From Verrucomicrobiota bacterium (GTDB lineage: Bacteria > Verrucomicrobiota > Verrucomicrobiia > Limisphaerales > UBA11358), in contig JBEKOG010000028.1 in NCBI GenBank assembly GCA_049522015.1, forward strand, positions 323 through 64,322: a stretch of 64,000 nucleotides of DNA, given 5' to 3'. How positions within the stretch are numbered: the stretch's first letter is position 1; every line of letters starts with the position of its first letter. The notes below the pieces were generated by a model. That model was given only the letters and a program-made list of their open reading frames with translations. It was not told where the DNA came from and ran no database searches. This document shows, one piece after another, positions 56,959-64,000 of this stretch. Both the position numbers and the translations under genes were made by a program.

Positions 56959-57378
56959 ATGCAAGAAATCAATTTTGACGAAGCGGTGGAGCAAATCCTG
57001 GCCAGGGATTCGCGCTACACACGCGAAGCCTACCTGTTCGTCCGCGAGGCGCTCGACTACACGCAGCGGCTCGTCGGCAAGGAAACCCGCGGCGCCATCC
57101 GCCATGTCAGCGGCCAGGAATTGCTCGACGGCATCCGGCAGTTTGCGCTGAATCAATTTGGACCGATGGCGGTGACCGTGTTTGAAGAATGGGGCGTGCA
57201 TAATTGCCGCGACTTCGGCGAAATCGTTTTCAACATGGTGGAAACCAGCCTGCTCGCCAAAACCGAAAAAGACACGCGCGACGATTTTCAAAACGGCTAT
57301 GATTTCACCGAAGTCTTCCGCAAACCGTTCTGGCCGCAGAGCAAATCCAATTCCGAAAACAAACCGATGGTTGGTTGA
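56959..57378 (+). CDS. Conserved hypothetical protein (resembles the ~140-aa PVC-group Minf_1886-like family as I recall it)
   Basis: 139-aa ORF with coding-like composition (FDEAVEQILARDSRYTREAYLFVREALDYT...). Family assignment is from memory only. Confidence 0.6.
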   Translation: MQEINFDEAVEQILARDSRYTREAYLFVREALDYTQRLVGKETRGAIRHVSGQELLDGIRQFALNQFGPMAVTVFEEWGVHNCRDFGEIVFNMVETSLLAKTEKDTRDDFQNGYDFTEVFRKPFWPQSKSNSENKPMVG

Positions 57379-58096
57379 AAAATATAAAAGCGATAATCCG
57401 CATGGGCAACGGGCAATTTGTCGCACCGAAATCAGATGAAGGCGGAAGGCAACCGATTTCCTGAAATCATTTTGGGATGGACGACCGCCGGAATGAATTT
57501 TGTTTTGACGCTCGCCCTCACCTGTATCCTCTCCCCCGGGAGAGGATTTTACCCATCACGGTTTCTGGTTATTCGTTCGCCCATCCGGCCAATCCAGTCG
57601 CGCGAATTTCCAAGCAGACGGAGAACGATTCTCCTTCTCCTTCCGTCTTCGCTTCGCTTCGATGCGACTATAAATTTGAACCGCGCCGTAGCTCGGCGTA
57701 GGCGGGTGGGGAGAAGGCCGGGATGAGGGAGGTCGTGAACCAAAGGCGGACTGGTCGCGTCCCACAAGGCGTGACGGACGGGAACCGATTTCTTGGAATC
57801 ATTTTGAGATGGTCGAGGAAACCGATTCCGAAATGGCGGTCGTCACCCTTTACATAACGTCCAAGTTCGGCAAGTGTGAGAAAGGACCGGGCGCATGAAG
57901 ATTGAATACGACAATTCGACACCTCACCTTTAATTCCTCTCCCCGTTCGAGACGGAGCGGAAATCCCCAAGCCAAATTGGATTGCCCAAAGCGCATTTCC
58001 CCATATCCTTCCCGTCCGATATCAATTGGCCATGACAAAACGATTTCAACCTTTAAATTCGTGCGCCCCGGTTTCGGGCGAATTTGATTTCATCCA

Positions 58097-60664
58097 ATGA
58101 GTGACACCACTTTTTCAACCAGAATTTCGGCGATGAAAATTCCGTCGCTGCCGCCCGGGGTCACGCTCACCACGCTCGAAAACGGGCTGGTCATCATCGT
58201 GCGCGAAGATCACAGCGCGCCGGTCGTGTCAGCGCAGGCGTGGTGCATGGCGGGCAGCATTCACGAAGGCAAATGGCTCGGCGCCGGCCTGTCGCACGTG
58301 CTCGAACACATGCTGTTCAAGGGCACAATCACCCGTCCCGGCAGCCGCATTGACCAGGAAGTGCAGGAAGCCGGCGGCTACATGAACGCCTACACAAGCT
58401 TCGACCGCACGGTGTATCACATTGACGTGCCGGCCACCGGCACGCGCACGGCGATTGATGTCCTGTGCGACATCATGCAGCACGCCACCCTGCCCGACGA
58501 TGAACTGGCCAGGGAACTCGACGTCATCCGCCGCGAAATGGACATGGGCCAGGACGATCCCGGGCGCCGCGCCAGCCGCCGCCTGTTTGAAACCGCCTAC
58601 ACGCGCAGTCCGTATCGCTTCACCGTCATCGGGTACCCCGACATTTTCGGCGAGTTGAAACCCGACGACATCCGCGGTTACTACGCCGAAAAATACGCGC
58701 CGAACAATGTGTTTTACGTCGTCGCCGGCGACGTCAAGAAAGACGAAGTCATCGCGCAAATCCGCACCGCCTACGAAAAAACCAAAGCCCGGGCGCTCCC
58801 ATCAGTCGTGTTGCCAGAAGAACCGAAACAGACCGCGGCGCGTGAAATCGTCGAGGAAGCGCCCATTGAACTTGGTCATTTTCATTTTGCCTGGCACATT
58901 CCCGAAGTGCGGCATCCCGACATGCCGGCGCTCGACGTGCTCGCCGTTTTGCTGGGGTGCGGCCGCAGTTCGCGCCTCTACCAGCAGGTCCGCGAGAAGA
59001 AGGGCGTTGTGCACCACGTTGACGCGTGGACTTACAGCCCCGGCAATCCGGGTTTGTTCGGCATGAGCGCCATCGTGGACGCGGACAAATTTACCGTTGC
59101 GCGTGATGCGATGCTGGCCGAGGTTGAAAAAATGAAGACGTCGCCGGTTACCGCCGGTGAACTTGGCAAAGCGGTGAAACAATTCATTGCCGCCACGCTT
59201 GCCGCGCGCAAGACGATGGAAGGCCAGGCGCAAAACCTCGGCGGAAACTGGCTGGCGGCAAATGATTTGAATTTTTCCGAACGTTACCTCGCCGCCGTCA
59301 AGCGCGTCAGGCCCGATGACATCCTGCGCGTCGCGCGTGAATATCTCACGGCGGAAAACCGCACCCTTTACACGTTGTTGCCCAATGGCACCGCGCCCAA
59401 AGTGTCCGTGGCCGTCGAAGAAAAAACCGAGCACGCGATCCAGAAATTTGAATTGCCGAACGGCCTCCGCCTGCTCGTGAAGGAAGATCATCGCCTGCCC
59501 TTTGTTGAATATCGCGCCATGTTCCAGGGCGGCGTGCTCGCCGAAACCAGGGAAAACAACGGCATCAGCCAGTTGACCAGCCGGATGCTGCTCAAAGGCA
59601 CGTCGCAGCGCAGCGCCCGGGACATTGCGACAGAAATCGAGACCGTCGGCGGCAGCATAGACAGCTACGGCGGCAATAACAGCTTCGGCGTTAATCTGGA
59701 AACCATGAGCAGCGATTTTGCGACCGGCCTCGATTTGCTCGCCGACGTTTTGCTGAACCCGGTTTTTCCCGCCGACGCGCTCGAACGCGAGCGCGAGGTG
59801 CAGATTGCCGACATTTGTGCAGACAAGGACAATCTGCTTAAAAGCGCCAGCCTGGCCATGCGACGCACGCTTTTTGGCAACATCGGCTACGGCTTGGATT
59901 CAACCGGCATGGAAGAAACCGTTGCCAAACTTAAGGTTGCCAGTTTGAAATCGTTTCACAAAAAGCTGGCCACGCCGAACAATTGCGTTCTCGCCATTTA
60001 CGGCGACGTGGATGCGGCGGAGGTTAAATCCGCCGTCGAAACAGTTTTTGGCGGATGGAAATCCAGCGGAAAATTTGAACATCCAACATCCAACATCCAA
60101 CATCCAACATCCAATCGAGTAACGGAGATCCGCGACAAAAAGCAGGCGGTGGTCGTCATCGGTTTTCCCGGCACGACGATGCACGACGAAGACCGTTACG
60201 CGCTCGAGATGATTCAAGAATCGTGCAGCGACCTCGGTTCGCGGCTGTTTCTGCGGATTCGCGAGCAACTCGGCCTCGCCTACTACGTCGGCGCGCAACA
60301 TTTCGCCGGACTGGTGCCCGGCTACTTCGCCTTTTATGCCGGCACCGAGCCGTCGAAGGCCGCGCAGGTCGAACAGGAAATTCTCAAGGAAGCCGGACTC
60401 CTGCGCACCGAAGGCCTGACCGCCGAGGAACTCAAACGCGCCAAGGCCAAACTCATCGGCCAGAAAAAGATCGCGCGGCAGGACCTGGGTCATCTGGCCT
60501 CCACGACCACGCTCGATGAACTTTACGGCCTCGGCTACCGGCGTGCGGAACTCGACGACGCGAAATACGAGGCCGTGACGCTGGAACAAATCAAAGCCGC
60601 CGCGCAAAAATATCTCAAGCCGGATAAACTGGTCGTCGCGGTGGTGAAGCCGGAGAAAATTTAA
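58097..60664 (+). CDS. Two-module M16 (pitrilysin/insulinase) family zinc peptidase
   Basis: HxxEH motif (HVLEHMLFKGT) in the first module. The second, inactive-type M16 module starts around residue 440. Confidence 0.92.
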   Translation: MSDTTFSTRISAMKIPSLPPGVTLTTLENGLVIIVREDHSAPVVSAQAWCMAGSIHEGKWLGAGLSHVLEHMLFKGTITRPGSRIDQEVQEAGGYMNAYTSFDRTVYHIDVPATGTRTAIDVLCDIMQHATLPDDELARELDVIRREMDMGQDDPGRRASRRLFETAYTRSPYRFTVIGYPDIFGELKPDDIRGYYAEKYAPNNVFYVVAGDVKKDEVIAQIRTAYEKTKARALPSVVLPEEPKQTAAREIVEEAPIELGHFHFAWHIPEVRHPDMPALDVLAVLLGCGRSSRLYQQVREKKGVVHHVDAWTYSPGNPGLFGMSAIVDADKFTVARDAMLAEVEKMKTSPVTAGELGKAVKQFIAATLAARKTMEGQAQNLGGNWLAANDLNFSERYLAAVKRVRPDDILRVAREYLTAENRTLYTLLPNGTAPKVSVAVEEKTEHAIQKFELPNGLRLLVKEDHRLPFVEYRAMFQGGVLAETRENNGISQLTSRMLLKGTSQRSARDIATEIETVGGSIDSYGGNNSFGVNLETMSSDFATGLDLLADVLLNPVFPADALEREREVQIADICADKDNLLKSASLAMRRTLFGNIGYGLDSTGMEETVAKLKVASLKSFHKKLATPNNCVLAIYGDVDAAEVKSAVETVFGGWKSSGKFEHPTSNIQHPTSNRVTEIRDKKQAVVVIGFPGTTMHDEDRYALEMIQESCSDLGSRLFLRIREQLGLAYYVGAQHFAGLVPGYFAFYAGTEPSKAAQVEQEILKEAGLLRTEGLTAEELKRAKAKLIGQKKIARQDLGHLASTTTLDELYGLGYRRAELDDAKYEAVTLEQIKAAAQKYLKPDKLVVAVVKPEKI
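60078..60114 (+). repeat. Heptanucleotide tandem repeat (ACATCCA)x5 inside the M16 peptidase gene
   Basis: gaacatccaacatccaacatccaacatccaacatccaat, translated as EHPTSNIQHPTSN. Confidence 0.9.
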
Positions 60665-60666
60665 TT

Positions 60667-60735
60667 GGAGCGCCGGCCTCCGGCACGGCTCTTCCTGTTG
60701 TTTCATTGTCGCGCTGTGCTGGAAGCCGGCGTTCC
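60667..60735. repeat. 69-nt palindromic element, intergenic copy 1
   Basis: ggagcgccggcctccggcacggc / 23-nt loop / gctgtgctggaagccggcgttcc. The arm differences are transitions. Confidence 0.85.
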
Positions 60736-60909
60736 AGCTGGAATCAAATAACCGCTGGAACTCATCTCGAAATCTTGCGCTGCTGAATGACCACACCTCC
60801 GATATTCGGCTGAGTTTTGCTTTGATCGGGTTGTTTTCAATATAACGAACCGCCTTCCTTTCCTGCTCTTCGTCCCGCATGAATGTATCCCAGTATTCCC
60901 GCTGCCATT
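60736..60909 (-). pseudogene. C-terminal remnant of an IS200/IS605-type Y1 transposase (RAYT-like)
   Basis: The minus-strand frame reads LQWQREYWDTFMRDEEQERKAVRYIENNPIKAKLSRISEVWSFSSARF. This matches the conserved C-terminal pattern of REP-associated tyrosine transposases (WQ.RYYDH.IRDE...YI..NPVKAGL....WPWSS). No N-terminal HUH/Tyr core is present, and an in-frame stop lies just upstream inside the adjacent repeat. Confidence 0.65.
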
Positions 60910-60976
60910 GGAGCGCCGGCCTCCGGCACGGCTTGTTTCAGCTATAACATCGGGCCGTGCCGGAGGCCGGCGTTCC
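60910..60976. repeat. 67-nt copy of the 69-nt palindromic family, intergenic copy 2
   Basis: ggagcgccggcctccggcacggc / ttgtttcagctataacatcgg / gccgtgccggaggccggcgttcc. Confidence 0.85.
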
Positions 60977-60979
60977 GAT

Positions 60980-63979
60980 TTATGCCTTTGCCACCAACTG
61001 CCGCAGGACGTACGGCAAAATGCCGCCGTGCTGGTAGTAATCGATTTCAATCGGCGTATCAATCCGGCAACGCACTGGCACATCTTCCACGCCGCCGTCT
61101 TTGCGCGTGATCTTCAGCGTGAGGTCCTGCTGCGGCTTGAGGTTCGCATCGAGGCCGACGATGTCGTAGGTCTCCGTGCCATCGAGCTGGAGGCTCTGCG
61201 CCGTCGTGCCTTCCTTGAATTGCAGCGGCAGCACGCCCATGCCGACAAGGTTGCTGCGGTGGATGCGTTCGAAGCTCTGCGCCACGACGGCTTTCACGCC
61301 GAGCAGGTTCGTGCCTTTCGCGGCCCAGTCACGGGATGACCCGGTGCCGTATTCCTGGCCGGCAATCACCACCAGCGGAACGCCGGCCGCCCGATATTTC
61401 ATGGCGGCGTCGTAAATGGACATTTGTTCTCCTGGGAGCGCGGGCGTCCCGCCTGCGGCAGTCGGCGTCGCGCCGGCTGCACTCGTTGAACTGACTGACG
61501 AAGCGGAAGGCGAGACGCCTTCCGCAGCACGCGAGGACGCGTGCGCTCCCAAAAACCTGGTCACTCCGCCTTCGACACCAGGCACCATGAGATTTTTGAT
61601 GCGGACGTTGGCGAACGTGCCGCGGGTCATCACGCGGTCATTGCCTCGCCGCGAGCCGTAGCTGTTGAAGTCGGCGGGCTGAACGCCGTTCTCAATGAGA
61701 TATTTTCCGGCCAGCGAGGTCTTCTGGATGGATCCGGCGGGTGAAATGTGGTCGGTCGTCACGCTGTCACCAAAAATGGCCAGCGTCCGCGCACCCTTGA
61801 TTTCGGCGATGCCGCCGGGTTGCATGGAGAAGTTCGCGAAGAACGGCGGTTCCTGTATGTAAGTGGACCTGCGTTCCCATACGAAAACATTGCCGGTGAA
61901 CGAGGGGATTTCGTTCCACTTGGGATTCTGCGCCGCAAAATCCTTGAACAGCCTGCGATAAACTTCCGGCTGCAACGCGGTTTGCATGAGGTCGCGGATT
62001 TCCTGCAGGCTGGGCCAGAGTTCGCGCAAATAAACCGGCCGGCCATGCTTGCCCATGCCAATCGGATCGCGGCTGAGGTCAATGTCCACGCGGCCCGCGA
62101 GCGCGAAGGCGACGACGAGTGGTGGCGACATGAGGAAGTTCGCCTTGATGCTCTGATGCACGCGCGCCTCGAAGTTGCGGTTGCCCGAAAGGACGGAGGC
62201 CGCGACCAGGTCGTATTTGCTGATCGCGTCTTCGACCGTGGCCGGCAGGGGGCCGGAGTTGCCGATGCATGTCGTGCAGCCGTAACCCACGAGGTTGAAG
62301 CCAAGCTGGTCGAGATACAATTGCAGGCCGGTCCGGTCCAGGTAATCGCTCACCACGCGCGAGCCGGGCGCGAGCGACGTCTTGACGACGGGATTCACGC
62401 TGAGTCCGTGTTCCACGGCCTTCTTCGCCAGCAAACCGGCGGCGAGCATGACGCTGGGATTCGATGTGTTCGTGCAACTGGTGATGGCCGCGATGAGCAC
62501 GCTGCCGTGGCGAATTTCGGACTGCACCCCGCGAAACGTCGTGGGAGGCACCTGCTCCGAGGTGTGGGGCGCGGGGTGCTGGTCGCGCATCTCGGATTCG
62601 CTGGGTTCCACGCCCAGCTTGCGATGGCCATAGCTGTGATTGATGGGCGGATGGGCCTCGCGCGCCGTGTTGACCCGCGCGGTTACATACAACTCCTCGT
62701 AACGCTTGCCGAAGCCATTGTCCATGACCGAACGCGTCATCGCCTTCATGAACGCGTCTCTCAACTTCGGCAGTTCGATGCGGTCCTGCGGGCGCTTTGG
62801 GCCGGCCACACTCGGCACCACCGTGCCAAGGTTGAGTTCCAATTCCTGCGAGTAGGCGATGTCGCCCTTCTTCGGAATGCCGAACAAGCCCTGCGCGCGG
62901 TAATAATTTTCGTAGGTCAGGCAAAGCTCCTCGCTGCGGCCCGTGGCGCGGAGATAATTCACGCACTCGGCATCAATCGGGAAGAAACCCATCGTCGCGC
63001 CGTATTCGGGCGCCATGTTCGCTATCGTCGCGCGGTCCACGACCGGCAACGCCGCCGCGCCGGGGCCGAAAAATTCGACGAACTTGCCGACGACCTTTGC
63101 CTTGCGGAGCATTTCCGTGACGGTGAGCGCGAGGTCGGTGGCGGTGACGCCGTCGCGCAACACGCCGGTGAGATGCACGCCGACGACGTCCGGCGTGAGG
63201 AAATAAACCGGCTGGCCCAGCATGCCGGCTTCAGCCTCGATACCGCCGACACCCCACCCCACGATGCCGAGACCATTGATCATTGTCGTGTGCGAATCCG
63301 TGCCGACCAGCGTGTCGGGATAGTAAAGTGGAACGCCGGCCTCCGGCACGGCGCGTTGAGCGTCTTCACCATCTTGCCGTGCTGGAAGCCGGCGCTCCGA
63401 AAGCACGCCTTGGGCAAGATATTCCAGGTTGACCTGATGGACGATGCCGATGCCGGGCGGCACGACCTTGAACGTGTCGAACGCCTGCATGCCCCACTTG
63501 AGAAACTGGTAGCGCTCGCGATTGCGCCGGAATTCCATCTCCAGATTTTTCTGCAACGCATCCGCGCTGCCGGCAAAATCCACCTGCACCGAATGGTCCA
63601 CCACGAGGTCCACCGGCACGAGCGGTTCGATGATTTTCGGATTTTTGCCCAGTCGCTGAACCGCGGAGCGCATCGCCGCCAGGTCCACCAGCAGCGGCAC
63701 GCCGGTAAAATCCTGCAATACGATGCGCGCAACGATAAATGGAATTTCCTCCGTGCGGGTTTCGGTTGGCTTCCAATTCGCCAGCGCGCGCACGCTTTGT
63801 TCGCCGACCTTTTTGCCGTCGCAATTGCGGAGCACGGATTCGAGCACGAGCCGGATGGAGACGGGCAATTGGGAAACCGGCCCGACCCCGGCCTCTTCCA
63901 GCGCCGGCAGGGAATAAAACGATCCCTGCCGGCCGTCGCCGAGGTCAAATTTCTGGAGCGTGTTGAATAAGTTGTGCAT
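60980..63979 (-). CDS. acnA: Aconitate hydratase A (AcnA/IRP type), carrying two in-frame palindromic insertions
   Basis: 999 aa. [31 protein letters not shown] (Fe-S ligands), and the C-terminal swivel domain [14 protein letters not shown]...[10 protein letters not shown]. Confidence 0.96.
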   Translation of the reverse strand: MHNLFNTLQKFDLGDGRQGSFYSLPALEEAGVGPVSQLPVSIRLVLESVLRNCDGKKVGEQSVRALANWKPTETRTEEIPFIVARIVLQDFTGVPLLVDLAAMRSAVQRLGKNPKIIEPLVPVDLVVDHSVQVDFAGSADALQKNLEMEFRRNRERYQFLKWGMQAFDTFKVVPPGIGIVHQVNLEYLAQGVLSERRLPARQDGEDAQRAVPEAGVPLYYPDTLVGTDSHTTMINGLGIVGWGVGGIEAEAGMLGQPVYFLTPDVVGVHLTGVLRDGVTATDLALTVTEMLRKAKVVGKFVEFFGPGAAALPVVDRATIANMAPEYGATMGFFPIDAECVNYLRATGRSEELCLTYENYYRAQGLFGIPKKGDIAYSQELELNLGTVVPSVAGPKRPQDRIELPKLRDAFMKAMTRSVMDNGFGKRYEELYVTARVNTAREAHPPINHSYGHRKLGVEPSESEMRDQHPAPHTSEQVPPTTFRGVQSEIRHGSVLIAAITSCTNTSNPSVMLAAGLLAKKAVEHGLSVNPVVKTSLAPGSRVVSDYLDRTGLQLYLDQLGFNLVGYGCTTCIGNSGPLPATVEDAISKYDLVAASVLSGNRNFEARVHQSIKANFLMSPPLVVAFALAGRVDIDLSRDPIGMGKHGRPVYLRELWPSLQEIRDLMQTALQPEVYRRLFKDFAAQNPKWNEIPSFTGNVFVWERRSTYIQEPPFFANFSMQPGGIAEIKGARTLAIFGDSVTTDHISPAGSIQKTSLAGKYLIENGVQPADFNSYGSRRGNDRVMTRGTFANVRIKNLMVPGVEGGVTRFLGAHASSRAAEGVSPSASSVSSTSAAGATPTAAGGTPALPGEQMSIYDAAMKYRAAGVPLVVIAGQEYGTGSSRDWAAKGTNLLGVKAVVAQSFERIHRSNLVGMGVLPLQFKEGTTAQSLQLDGTETYDIVGLDANLKPQQDLTLKITRKDGGVEDVPVRCRIDTPIEIDYYQHGGILPYVLRQLVAKA
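61431..61553. repeat. 123-nt palindromic element inside acnA (same family as 21154-21267)
   Basis: cctgggagcgcgggcgtcc (61431-61449) versus ggacgcgtgcgctcccaaa (61535-61553). Encodes [41 protein letters not shown] between VTRFL and QMSIYDAAM. Confidence 0.8.
63330..63398. repeat. 69-nt palindromic element, copy inside acnA
   Basis: ggaacgccggcctccggcacggc / gcgttgagcgtcttcaccatctt / gccgtgctggaagccggcgctcc. Encodes [23 protein letters not shown]. Confidence 0.9.
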
Positions 63980-64000
63980 TCCGCTTATAAAAAATCACTT

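Noticed and set aside
7563-60114. Short-period tandem tracts considered as CRISPR arrays: GAAGATG x4, ACATCCA x5, AGTCCA-type, TTCAGCG-type and GTCAC-rich tracts.
   Set aside because: The units are 6-8 nt with no spacers of unique sequence, and no cas genes are present. These are microsatellite-like components of dispersed repeats, not CRISPR.
59900-60735. 326-aa minus-strand ORF 59900..60880 as a real gene.
   Set aside because: Only its first ~55 codons (60736-60880, plus upstream in-frame sequence to 60909) resemble anything, namely a Y1 transposase C-terminus. The rest is antisense to the M16 peptidase and reads through a palindromic repeat. I treat it as a remnant fused to a shadow ORF.
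1-64000. Search for rRNA, tRNA, tmRNA, RNase P and SRP RNA genes.
   Set aside because: Reading the intergenic regions by eye, I saw no T-loop (GGTTCGAATCC-like) or acceptor-stem patterns and no conserved rRNA blocks. A tRNAscan/Infernal run would be needed to be certain.

Overview
64-kb chromosomal segment from a high-GC Gram-negative bacterium. Gene content and repeat style suggest a PVC-group / Verrucomicrobiota-like organism, which I cannot verify here. I support about 55 protein-coding genes, mostly housekeeping: grpE-dnaJ, rsmE, two pilT-type ATPases, tlyA, nadK, an ECF sigma/anti-sigma pair, gpsA-plsY, lpxB, phoH-ybeY, recO, fhs, proS, acnA, a hybrid sensor kinase and an M16 peptidase. 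I found no rRNA, tRNA or CRISPR array. Four things stand out. (1) The window is saturated with several families of short palindromic (REP-like) and short-period repeats, and many copies lie IN FRAME inside conserved genes (rsmE, midA-like, both TMTC-like paralogs, lpxB, ybeY, proS twice, M16 peptidase, acnA twice). One 69-nt family flanks the C-terminal remnant of a RAYT/IS200-like Y1 transposase. (2) A more A/T-rich accessory locus (11.2-17.5 kb) has the layout of a polymorphic-toxin locus. It encodes a 1423-aa secreted Ig-repeat protein ending in an alpha/beta-hydrolase (GxSxG) domain and a translationally coupled membrane-anchored protein. These are followed by an orphan duplicate of the hydrolase C-terminus, sharing a 41-nt identical core, and a second small membrane protein. 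(3) A one-carbon cluster (38.8-47.5 kb) encodes a methionine synthase split into separate corrinoid, pterin-binding and homocysteine-binding proteins. It also carries a RACo/RamA-type reductive activator, DUF1638, a fused MetF-MetV reductase and fhs. (4) There are smaller accessory items: a RelE/ParE-type TA pair plus an orphan DUF104-like antitoxin, a MITE-like 263-bp element, and repeat-bounded modules. All functional calls rest on motif recognition by eye; no database search was possible.
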